A DNA stretch of 63,868 bases, counting the filler, from Choristocarpus tenellus KU-1152 (lineage: Eukaryota; Protista; Phaeophyceae): the NCBI GenBank assembly GCA_964200185.2. It is 11 parts of 11 records of this genome, joined end to end, with 100 filler letters (N's around TTAATTAATTAA, not from the genome) between each part and the next. Parts side by side here need not be neighbours in the genome. Positions count along the whole stretch, not along the records: positions 49,612 to 60,677 come from CAXNAD020002526.1; positions 60,778 to 63,868 come from CAXNAD020022382.1; 9 more parts are not named here. One strand, given 5' to 3'. Position 1 is the first letter of the stretch; every line of letters begins with the position of its first letter. A program made the translations under genes and the position numbers. The notes below the pieces were generated by a model, which saw only the letters and a list, made by a program, of their open reading frames with translations, was not told the origin of the DNA and made no database searches. Shown here one piece after another: positions 52,439 to 63,868 of the stretch.

Positions 52439-54468
52439 GGTCGCACTCCTGGTGAAGCACTTAAGGGTACACTCAGATCACTATGCCTCCCCCCCTCCAA
52501 AGGTTGACTCGGAACCAAACCACCGGAACCAACACAAAGGTTTCTTTCTTGTCCAAAGGCCTGGAGGAGACGACCTCCGACCTTTGGGCATAAACCAGCA
52601 ACAACACAACACCACAAAGCGCAAGGGCGTACCTAGCGCCAGGTGTAGGTAGATCGCTTCCTACACCTTCACTAGTGCCGAATCCTACTTGAATAGCTTG
52701 CTCACACACAAATTGTTGCGCTCGATGGAATGGAGGAAATCGAGATGAGAGTACTCCAAGAATTTGATGGGGAACTCATGACATACCGAGGTGAAATGTT
52801 TAACGTCAAGCATACCATTACCGGCTATAGAATTTGTTGCTCTAGAGCTCTGCAACAGTGATACAATATGTGCTGTAGCTGTGGTAAATAGAAGAAGAAC
52901 CAGAAACTTCCAAGACTTTTATTCCTCTTAATATAATGAAAATTTGTGTGTTGTGGTTGCGGTGCTGTAGGACCTTACGAGAATATTACGTTATATTTGT
53001 CAATACAGTACCTGTATACCATTTTATTATCTACTATCATTACAAAATACTCACTAGCAAAAAATAGTGGTATTCTACATATAACTAATATTGTTGTCTG
53101 TAATATTTTTCTAACTATTGGGCATTTCAAAGATTAAAAAAGGGAAAAGTTTACTATTTAATTTCACCTTATGACTGTTTTTATTCGTTGCTGAACATAG
53201 TGTTGAATATATATATGGATTGTGGTGGGTATTATTTCATTTCCAAGGTTTTAGAATCATCGAATCGGTTCCATCCCTATCGTTGTAATTCTATTCTTTA
53301 TTTATTTTAAGAAAATATATCTATTACTGTGTTTGAATAATTTTACTTCACTACACAAGAATAAATATGTTACCAGCGACAACCTAACATCACGAATACT
53401 GTACCCAACCACAACTTGTGAGACCCCTACACTACAACCATAACACAGAACACAAAACAATTACAACGAAGATGTTTTGAGGTAAAGTTGCATCACTATT
53501 GTACACATTACAACAGATCGTCGATTCGTTCATGATCTCCAAAAAAATTGAACCTTCCAAATTACTGGAGAAAATCTGGAACAAAGATCGGGAAATAGAT
53601 TAAGGAAGTGTGAAAAATATTGGTATGTTATCCTAATTTGTTCAAACTTTGAAGACTCAATCAGAATTTAGTTACAGAATTCCTAATTTGTCTACTCTTG
53701 TTGATTTGGAAATAACGGGATGGACAGAAGTAGAAAACAGTTCATATCTAAGCGTTGATCTCTTCATATGTGTTTGTTCTACTAAAAAAAAACTCTGTAA
53801 CCTGCCTGATACAGATGACGAACCCACAACTATGTGTGAACCACCTTTGTAGAGTTGTGTTTTTATTTACTTGTTTTGACTGGATATGACAAGAACCACA
53901 TATTTCTCCATCACACGTGGCCACTTTGGGTACTGAAAAACCCTGCACACGGTCCACCACAATTTATACGTTGTCGGGTGAACTGTGGACACACTCACAC
54001 AGCGTGTCCAGGTATTATGCATCCTGTGGATGTGAATGTGAAGTCGTTTTCACAGGTTGTTCCCACAGGATGTCGACACATTCACATGCTGTGCGGGTAT
54101 GATGCGTAGTCATTTTGACACAGAGAGAGGGCGCATACATATTTATTTCCTGTGAAAGTATGTTCATGACTATGGTGCTATCCCCACTACGTTCAGTAAA
54201 TTGCGCTAAGTACCAAGTTTGTTGTGTATATGTAATATGTTGTATATTTTGATGATGGAGAGCAAGATTTATGCTCTAGCATTGTTGTTGTGTTGAATCA
54301 GGAAGTGAGGTAGTCACTATATTCCCTAGTGCAAAATAAAGATTGGTGTGGGTTTTATGATTTCCTGCAGGTCCACTGTTTACTGCTATAGGCACACACA
54401 CACACAGGTCACACAACACATCGATTTCCACACTAAGGCAATCCATATTCATCGTTAGACACATTCGT

Positions 54469-54655
54469 TGTTGGTAAGAAACAGAATAAATGACCTCAGT
54501 TACAAAATAATAAATTCATCGGTGCTTTGCAGCACTATCACACCTATCCATAACATATAGACTACGCATCAGTGCTTTGCAACACCATGATTCCTCACCG
54601 TGCGTAGTCTATGCATTTTCCTACGTGTACAATGCATTCGATTCAGGTTTCAACA
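54469..54655. mobile_element. Second copy of the LTR-like repeat
   Basis: TGTTGG...TTTCAACA; homologous to 32950-33129. Confidence 0.55.
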
Positions 54656-55587
54656 CAACATCATCGTACTACAGTCCAGCAGTATGTAGATACATTCAAG
54701 ACTGAGGAGAACTTTCTGTGAGCACGACTTGAAGATATCAGAGAAGGGGTATCCCTATCCGTTTACGGAAAGATGGATGTACCACCCATCTGAATGGTGT
54801 CATAGTAGTGACAAAATGACTTCATTTGTCGAGGAGGGTGCGTCAAGTGCGCATCATAATTAAAACTTCAACGGACTTCATAGCGATCCTTGCTATCCTC
54901 AAATGCCCCTTCTTTAGTCTGTTTTTGCTGACTGGTAAATCGAGAGTTGTTTCTAAAAGTTATCCAGGTCTAATGTGTTGAAAATGCTGTCATTACTTCT
55001 AGAAATTGACAGGACTCGCAAAATTATGTCATTTGTTGAGATACAATTCTTAACATTTGACAAGCAATCCGCCATTGTATAGAGTCTTTCCCTTAAGAAA
55101 GCTTTCTCCAGGGTGAGAAAAATCATCACTTTGTATACTAAAACTTGCTGCTCGTATTAAATAGAATAACGATCGCTAATCGTGTGTATTGAAATCTGCT
55201 ACATCGTGATCCATGAATAACGTAAAGCTCAGTTGTGACGCAGGTGTGATCAGGGTCTCTGGAGATCAAGCTATTCGCTGTTGAGGCAATAGACGATCAT
55301 TTCCTCAGGTGCAGGTGTAGGAAATAAGGGTTACAGAGGCTGGTGTATGTTTGAACCACACTAGCTAATTGGGAAATACCCTACTGGGAGTCCTTGGGCC
55401 TTTGGATAAAAAGACTGCATGAAGCAACCAGTGTGATTCTGTGTAATACTGCATAGTATCTTCATTACTAAGACCAACTCCTATACGCATGGGATTTTTG
55501 CCGATTGGTTTTGTTTTTCACTGAAAATATGAAGGTTATAAGAGAACCATGCACCTGGGGTTGGTGTGAGTTACACTACAGATTACA

Positions 55588-55790
55588 GGCTCGAAGTATC
55601 TGATGAGGGGTGGCGGCTGTCCACTTGGGGTCAATTTGTTCATGTCGCCATTTTGGGGTGATTTGTTGCATACGTCGGATGGATAAGGGTCAAAGTATCT
55701 GAGGGGGCGGGGCGGGTGTCCATTTGGGGTCCATTCTACCATATCGCGATCTTGGGGTAACTTGCTTGTATGTGGGGGATTGAAGGTGTG
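55588..55790 (+). mobile_element. Two tandem or nested MITE family B left halves
   Basis: Termini at 55588 (GGCTCGAAGTATCTG) and 55687 (GGGTCAAAGTATCTG), each followed by a GTCCA.TTGGGGTC box. Confidence 0.8.
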
Positions 55791-58723
55791 TTTCGTAGGT
55801 ATGTGTGTGTGAATTACACTTAGTTATATAGTCGTGGTAAGGTCAAGTTCAGCAAAATAGGCTGTCACTGCTTTAAAGATTTTTGAATTGGACTTGAACT
55901 AATGAAGCGAATGGTTGGGGACTGGTTTAGGTATATGGTGAAGTGCCCATTTTCGCGTGGTTTTGTTCATGAAGTATTTAAAAAAAATGTAATTCATTGG
56001 GGTTAACTGGTGGTTTGTGCTTCGTGAGGTGAACAAATTACTACATCCATAGTGTAGGAGCATCACTAATAGGGTTTCGAATTAGTCGGATTACTTCGAG
56101 ATAAATGAGTAATTTTATTTTTTGGTGTACGGTGATGAATATTGTTGTAATACCTTAATTGGACTTTTGAATTGAGGGAACAAATTGTGTAATCGATTTC
56201 AATATGCTCAGGTATGGCATCAAGAAGTTCTTCACGTAGGCATTGATTGGTAGTTTGGTATTCAGTTTTTTTTGTTGGGGTTAGCGGGTGATGTGCTGGA
56301 GGTGGAAAGGGTTAGGAAAAGGTTTGCTGAGGGGCTATATGCTGATTATTTGGAGTATGTCCACATGAGGGTAGTGTTGTGGTTAGCGGGTTGGGTTGAC
56401 GACTGTCCATGTGGGTGAAGGGTGAGTGATGTCACAGATGTAGGTCGATTTGGTGACAAGGGTAGCATCAACGATGCATCACATGTGCCTGGTTGTATGC
56501 ACATGTCCGTGGGCTTGGGGAGTATATCAAAGTTTAAGTGTTTATGATAAATACTGGTATGAAACACTCGGAACAGTCTTCAATCATTGAAACTAAAACC
56601 GAAGAGTACCCTGCTTTGGTCTAAGGGTTAGGCCAAGTTTCGAATGTGTGTTTGATGGAGGGTATCCGGGTATAGTATCTGTGATCACCAAAGCAATCCG
56701 TAACAGCGAAGGGAAAACATGACAAAGATTCTGACATTCATTTTCACGTGCGATGAGGACGATATGCTGTGTTAGACATTGACTGGTGTTTAAGGTTATC
56801 GACCTCGCTTTGCATCAGAAGAACTGTTTAAGGGGTGAAAATGTGTTTCCCCATGGGATACTAGACTTGTATTTGTCAGTAGGTGTGTGCTGTTGTAAAA
56901 GAGGTGGCAAATGCCTAAATACAGATGAGAACCCAAATATTGAACCAAAGCTGGTTCTTTGGTAAGAGAAGGACACATTCGACTTGACCAAGTCAATAGT
57001 TCGCAGCAGGGAGAACGTTTCTATAAATTTTTCTCGAATAAGGGTTACCCCAACAGGTACAAACTCCAACATCTAAGATATTCACCCCAGGCCGTGCAAA
57101 CTCCGACGCCGTACAGGTACAGCTACAGAGTCTACGAATTTTGGTCCAGACCATGCAAACCTGGTCGTTGGACACATTGTGGAAGGAATAGAAAGAATTA
57201 AGTCTGCGAAAAATACACTCTTACTTAAAGTTCGACCTGTGACCAAAAAGAAATCAACTTGAGCTGGTGAGCATGTGTGAAGTCGCTCCTCCCTTCCTTC
57301 CACCAATCTATATGCTTAGGGTAAACCTTTGTAAGCACATGCCAAATATTTAGGGAGGAGGAGTGCTTTTCATTCCACAGTTCTGCCTCGACACGACCGA
57401 GAAACACAGCTTTTCTCGCAGCGAGTGCTTCTATGTCCTGCGCACATAGCGTCTTCTTGGTATTACCCACACCATGGCACAAGCCACCTGGGATTCCCTT
57501 GTGCACGTAGCAGTGATCATCCAGGACAGGAGGAGTAGCAGCTTTGCTAGTCCGCATCAACCTAAATCCGTAGTCATGAATAACCTGTTGAAGGACACAG
57601 GTTTGCACTCGATAGTATGTTGATGAGGATAGGTTTGCCGAGCGGAGGAGTTCCTCCACGCAAGCCTAAAGGAATCAAATATGTCATTCTGATGTTAAAC
57701 GTACCATCCTCAGACATGGGCAGTTCATCATCGCTATCCGCCAAGTCCAAATCACTCCCCTCCACGTCCGATGGTGTATTTATGGCTGATACCTCACCAC
57801 TGCTACTTACAGGAGAGAAGATATTCTCAGGAAAGGTTGCTGGGGGGGTTACAGGCGATCTTTCCCCCTTGCGAGTGCGGACAGTGTTCTTAGAACCTGA
57901 GCTCTGTAGAGATCCGGAATCCCTTACACTCACAACACTGTCCGAAGACTTTTGCCTCTTACCGGGAGGAGATCGACAGTATGAATCGACCTGTTCAACA
58001 CCAACCTCTCCGCTTCAAGCAGATCCGTTGTCGCTCTCATCATCCGGGACAGACTCCACTCTATGTGTTGGAGTCGTCCGAGATCCTGTGGGTGTTTCTT
58101 CCATTTCGTCCATGTCAGATTCCACGGCATCCCACCCGCTAAGATAGGATCCCAAGTCACTCTCTCCGACGTCACTGCCAGCACGCACTTCGAACATGGG
58201 AGACCTGGACACCCTCGGGCACGTTGAGAGCGTCGGTAAGTTTCCCATTCTGTTCTTCCGTACACTCTTCTTCTGTCCAGAACTTAGCACAAAGTTTGGA
58301 CAGCTCACGTGCAAAGCATTTCTCTTTCTTAGGGTCACGATTCCCCTCCAGCATAGCATAAGTGACTAACACCCCACCCGGGCACAGAAGCAGGGACGAC
58401 AAGCCAGCGTTGAATGAACCCCTCAGCTTGGCCCATACATCATCTGTGTCATGGACCCCACAAGTGATGTTGCCCGGCGCAATGACAACCCAGGTAGCAC
58501 GCCTCGAATCTGGAGCAGTGCGGCGAATGGATGCCAGGAGCAGAGATAGTCACGTATCTTGTGTGTGTTGTTTGTTGCATGTGCGACAGGAAGTCCGGAA
58601 AAAAATTTAAAACACGGACAATGGTACTAAAAGGGGAAATCATTAGGGATTTTTGTATGGAAGTGAGCAACATTCATAATTGAGACCAGTGTATACGAAT
58701 TGTGTTCTTCCTCTCCGCTATAT

Positions 58724-58815
58724 AATTATGACCTCTGACAGTTTGCAGATGTGTGAGGAGGGAAACAAACGAAATCTATACATTTGACAGTATAAGCCCT
58801 AAAGAAATTAAACAA
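58724..58815 (-). mobile_element. Diverged 3'-UTR fragment of the RLE non-LTR family
   Basis: ATTATGACCTCTGACAGTTTGCAGATGTG...CCCTAAAGAAATTAA resembles 11915-12000. Confidence 0.55.
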
Positions 58816-59049
58816 ATGTGTGGAAAATGCTGTGAAGCACTGTAAGTGTGAAAAACACTATCGCACCATTGTCATGCATGGTACGGATTACCGTAGGCAA
58901 ATGACCTCTTGATGATATTTACCATTTAGTACGTACAACGGGGTTGCGTGTCAATACACCATGGCATTTTTGGCTACAATCAATTCGAGGTCTGACGGTT
59001 CTTGTTCACTAGCAAACAAAAAACTCATTGCTCCTCTATCGCTGGTCCT

Positions 59050-60677
59050 CTTTATCATCATGTCATGAAACGTTTATTTACACTTGTTTGACTTCACCTC
59101 CTAATCTTTTTGGGAGGGCAACACCCTTCGAACCTTCGACAATTTGGAGGAAAACATCACCCTCCTCCACATCCTTCAACAGTAATCTCCTTCCAACCTT
59201 TGAAAAATAGGTGTAGGGCAGATGTTTTAAGTGAAAATGGGCTCGCTTTCATATAGACGTAATTGAAGTCAGTACCAGACTCTGAATACAGTCCTACCGA
59301 ATATGGATATTTCCAGCATCTAGATTTGCTAAAGGATGCAAAAACACAAGAAAGTCGAGAGGGTAAACCGTCAACACTGTATAAATTACCTCCTCTGATA
59401 GGATGTACGGTTCTTTTGCAGCCTCCTCTGTAGAGAGAGGGTTGGAATTCTCTGCCACGTTGGGGTCGATTTCGAGCTCATATTTCTCCTTTAGTTCGTT
59501 CACCTTTAGCAGCGCAACCTCAAGTACGGCCTGCTCGATAAACACCTCCTTCATGTGCATCATCTTAGCGAATGCGATTTTCTGCTTCTCTGTCGCAAAA
59601 GGGAATTGGTCCGTGACAGGGGTGGAGAGGCTGGTCCCCTTCCTATTTTTCTCCTCGGTACTTTTCTTCTTGATGCCCTTTAGAGGAAGGTTTCTTGGCC
59701 TTGATGGTGTGCTTTTCTTGGCAGGGACACACCTTAGTGCAGTGGAGAGCTACAGAGGCCGATTGCATACGGAGTGGCCAAGGACAGAAGTAGTATGTTG
59801 TGTGCGTTTTATTCGCGCAAGTACTTTGGATGATACAGCGAGAAGCGATGTGATCGGTGCCGCTATATGCATCAGTGCAGAGGGTTGATGACGAATCCTC
59901 ACCGATCCTGGGCTAACGCATCCTTGGGGAAAGGTTTTGTTCCCAACCACCTAGGACAGGGAGAGCAGGTCAGTTGGCAATTTTTCAGCCGCCTTCTCCG
60001 CAAACATACCAGCGGCTGTCTCCACGATGTCGTTCCATTTACAGCCTTGAGGAGTGTCCTCTCCAAGGATGGAAGGGTCTTTTACAGCCAAGACATCCGT
60101 GCATATTCGTGCAAAGTACTGCATCCTGGTCTGCTTCTCGACCTACACACAAGGAGGGACGAGGATACAGTATTTTCGGAGAGTGGGGAACGATGTGGTG
60201 TAAAGTCTAGAAAATAAAACTAGGGAGGGCAGCGATAGTCGCCATCCAGTGTGAGAACAATATGGATCCCTCGTCGTAAACATCGGACTGTGCACTAAGT
60301 ATTGAATAAACATCCATGGAACGCGAGAATGTCTACAACTCCCAAGTGGATAACTCAACATAGATTCTTAGTTCTCGACCACGCCTTTTTAGTTTCCTCC
60401 TATCAGAAGGGACAATACCTTCTCGTGTAATTTGTTTGTCTTTACTTTCCAAAGATCGGGATTGGTCATACATCAGATGCAAAACTTCCTCCAAATGAAG
60501 TCTCTACTGTATATACAAAAATTCACGCAAGCGGAAAAACGCAATGCATGTCCCGATAGGAACAATTTCATATGCAGAAAATATGTATCAATAAAACATT
60601 TCTTGTGTGACGGACAGGTCCCTTCGGGAGCTGATCTTAGTCCAAATACACATCCGCGCGCACACACAAAGGTATTG
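59050..60677 (-). pseudogene. Long stop-interrupted reading frame, possibly a Mutator-like transposase remnant
   Basis: One minus frame reads for several hundred codons with scattered stops. 'F..Y....IW...KTNKLHE' resembles the MULE F..Y...W...TNN..E segment. Confidence 0.3.
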
Positions 60678-60777
60678 NNNNNNNNNNNNNNNNNNNNNNN
60701 NNNNNNNNNNNNNNNNNNNNNTTAATTAATTAANNNNNNNNNNNNNNNNNNNNNNNNNNNNNNNNNNNNNNNNNNNN

Positions 60778-63700
60778 CTGGCTGTGATGGCGGCGGCGCA
60801 GAAGTTGAGAGCAAGAACGGATCGGCATCAGATGACCGTGAGAAAGAAGACGAGGGAGGGCGCGAACACCAAGGAGGGGATGGAGACGAGGGAGGGGACG
60901 AACACAAAGGAGGGGTCGAAGACGAGGGAGGGAATGGACTGCCAGACAGGGAGGACACGGGCGAAGGGGGTTCTGTCGGCAGTGTTCTGGTGCGGAAGAA
61001 GAACAAAACGGCCATGGAGGGTGGAACGCGGGCGTTTGCTGTACTGAACGCAATCCTCCACCTACATCTCGGTGAGTAATGTAGTTGTAACGGTGCACGT
61101 GTAGGGCGGAGTGTAATTAATAGCGTAAGATTGGTTTCCATCCAATCCCCCGAACGGCTAACTACGTTGTATCTTTCAGCGGCGCATGCCATTGAATCCA
61201 TGGTATGTTGCGGGGTCCCTCTATGTGCGGCGCTGCGGTTGCTACCCCCACGTCTCTTTATTTGCCACTGTCCGATTGTGTGTTAATGCATGTACATCAC
61301 CGACTGTTGTATCTTACCTGTACTACTTCGTACTGTTTTGCGCGGCCAATTTCGTGGTCCTTTGTAACCGTGGATCCCCGCGTTGCGTTGTTCCGCCCAA
61401 TTAATGATCTGGAAAAATATTGTACTGTCTGTTTAACGCTCCGATTCGATGACACGCGCGACAGGTATTCATGCCCAAAGTGCTCCATCACACATATGGG
61501 CGAGTGTGCCTAAGCGGAGATTAGAGACGACGAGAGGCACAAGGATCGATTATGTATCAATTGTCCCATGGCACAGGAGGGCAGTGAAGGGTTTGGATTG
61601 GTGGGGAACGAAGCGGCGGGTCAGGGCAGGGGCAGGGGCAAGGGTAAGGCTTACGCAAGGAGCGCGGGCGGGTCACCCACGACGCTAACCCTTTTACATC
61701 CCCCCTCAAAGAGTGAAACGGCCGACATGGAGAAGTGCATGTGGGTCTCGGCGTGGTTGCACATTATACAGACACACAAGTTGTCTCTGTGTGTTTGTTT
61801 TCGCGTTGGTTTGCACATAGGTCTTGGCTGCTTGTACTTCATGTGGATTGCTCGTCCTTTGTACCTTGGATGTGTCGCTTTTTTGGAGGGTTCCATGGGC
61901 CATGGAACTTAGTGTTTTGACGTTTACCCTCCTTCCACGAGATGTATCTGATGAGTCTGGCGTTGTGGAGGGTACGGGCTGACATTTTGGAGATGCTGTG
62001 GAAATATTGTCAGGAACTCACTTAATGAAAAGATTGCCTGCACCGTAGCATACTACGCCGTCCTTCTTGTCGTGCTGTCTGTCTACTGTGTTGTGTGTCA
62101 TGATGTCCAAGCAGGAGTGAGAACACTGCACTACACGACCTTCACCCTCTCGACCCTACGGTATCCTTAGACAAATTGGTGATTTCGCCTTCCGCAACTC
62201 GCCATAGTGTCCATTGCCGCCGAGCCAAGACTCCTCATCGACAAAGAGGCGACCAACACGCAACTGCGCGAGGTGTTTCAGTGCTTACGGCCTAAGATGC
62301 ATCCTCAGGGCACCATCGCGCTCATTGTGCCCCACCCGTGGAAGGCGCAATTACACCGCCTAGTAGGTGAGTTGCAGAGTTTGCAAGTGCTGGAATACGG
62401 GGTATATTGCGGGAGACTGATGTGATCCGCCATGGCCGTTATCATTCCGTCCGTGTGCCGATCGAATATTGTGCGACCGTTCAGGAGATGCGGATTAGGT
62501 CATGTGTATTCCTTTTTCACTTTCCCCATGTTGTTTCATGTCCTTCGTACCTTCTACTTCCTTTTGTGTCGCTTGCTCTTTCCCCCCGGCAACTATGTAC
62601 TTCTTTGTTTCATTGTCCGCGAATCGCATGCTGGTGTTACTCGTCTTCACTACATTGTTTTTGCCATATTTACTTCTATTATTACTTAATTTCCTATTGT
62701 TTGCAATTTTTGCATTGGTTATTTGCCTTGCGTTCCACACTCATTGTACTATTATAATGTCAGTGGTATGAGATTTCATGAATCCCTACGATAACTACTT
62801 GTGTGACGTCACTGTCAAGTTTGACGCATGCCGGACCCTCGTGATCCCTCCCGCCTTCTCTTCATTCAGAGGCTCTTACTGCATCGAAGGTGGGCTTGAT
62901 TGTGGGGGATCATCCCCTATCCCTAATATACAAGACGAGGAGGGGGGGGCGCCCTCAATTAGGCACAGATAACCATCTCAGATGTGGTAAGGACATGATT
63001 CTTCTCGCGCACAACGATGGGACAATGTTCACATGCAACAAGCGAGTCACCGAGCCAAAGTATCTTAGAGGGTACAGCCGCGTCGATTTGGGGGCCAAAG
63101 TCCAATGTTGCAATTTTTGATGTAATTTTGGCTATTGTGTGTGTGTTAGGAAGTGTCAATGTCGATGTTCTGGACACGCCTTTTAAAAACATACTCATTT
63201 TACCCACTCCGATACATTTTGGAGAAGGAAAATGTTATAAAAAGCCCATGGGAAGCCAAGCCCCAAATGGACAAACGTGGCAAAATTCGTACCCTCTAAG
63301 ATACTTTCACTCGACCGTCGACGACATCTTTGGCGATGGGCGTGATGCATCTCCTCCGGTACTCCAAACCATGTGGGACATCGAATACGAAGGTGCTGCA
63401 ACGGACATCCCCATGAGGACCCTCCACTTCCTCGTTAGCAGGTATGTTAATAACGTCACACACATCCTTCTTCACAGAAGCAGCGATTTTCTTTGTATAG
63501 GTGTAGGACATCGTTAAACAGTAACAGAACGAGCTGGGTGACGGTTCAGGGGCGTCAATCCATCGCACGAGTTTGTTTCCCGAATCAGTACGTTAAGCGT
63601 CAAAACGCACCAAGAGTGTGTTGCCCTGTATCGGAACGTTACTCATACATTGCGACATGATGAATTTGTGCGCAATACAATATACCACGTTAGGGATAAT

Positions 63701-63868
63701 TTACGAACTGCCCTCCTATGATAGGTACACGAATGCTGGGGACACCGTCGTCTCCTACAGCGCAGAGAGGCACAATGTGGTGGAGGCGGCCCTTGAACGG
63801 AGCAGGAGGGTGGAGGTGTTCATGTCCAACGCGGCGTCAAAGGACGAGGTGAAAGAGAAGATGGACAC
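60778..63868 (+). pseudogene. Spliced, frameshifted gene: acidic repeat region, CxxC..CxxC..H zinc finger and degenerate beta-class amino-methyltransferase-like domain
   Basis: Donors at 61072, about 62499 and 63442; acceptors at 62170, 62763 and 63724. The 63441/63725 splice gives IPMRTLHFLVSRYTNAGDTVV...VVEAALERSRRVEVF. Upstream 'EVFQCLRPKMHPQGTIALIVP'. MITE insertion at 63052. Confidence 0.5.
63052..63312 (+). mobile_element. MITE family A copy (261 bp)
   Basis: CACC|GAGCCAAAGTATCTTAGAGGGTAC...GTACCCTCTAAGATACTTTCACTC|GACC; removing it restores the frame KRVT-VDD. Confidence 0.93.

Noticed and set aside
63017-63517. 166-aa ORF as a novel protein or in-frame mobile insertion
   Set aside because: Chimeric read-through of a stop-free MITE frame into the host exon. 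The insertion adds 265 nt including the TSD, so it shifts the frame, and other copies have stops or frameshifts.

Overview
This is eukaryotic nuclear DNA. Long GT-AG introns, TTAGGG-type motifs and a myosin-29-like N-terminus suggest a brown alga or close stramenopile relative (inference). The window is 11 short contigs joined by an artificial N44-TTAATTAATTAA-N44 linker, so adjacency across linkers means nothing biologically. Partial spliced host genes: NOL10/Enp2 (2 exons), the 3' end of a probable CNNM/DUF21-type gene, amidophosphoribosyltransferase (purF, 9 phase-consistent exons), DENND6, a myosin heavy chain (first 2 exons), and a tRNA-Trp(CCA) with a weakened anticodon stem. The rest is mostly decayed transposons: Ty1/copia, a gypsy-like gag, a LINE RT remnant, a restriction-like-endonuclease (CRE/NeSL-type) non-LTR element with truncated copies, ISL2EU-like, hAT and possibly MULE remnants, and a Sola2-like transposase. 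Best leads: (1) two related MITE families sharing a TCAAAGTATCT terminus and a GTCCATTTGGGG subterminal box, with demonstrable 4-bp TSDs, i.e. a probable Sola-driven MITE system; (2) an intron-containing, degenerate beta-class amino-methyltransferase-like gene at the window end; (3) an RLE retrotransposon ending about 80 bp upstream of the tRNA; (4) a 49-bp satellite built from three palindromes. Family calls come from motif recognition by eye; no searches were run.
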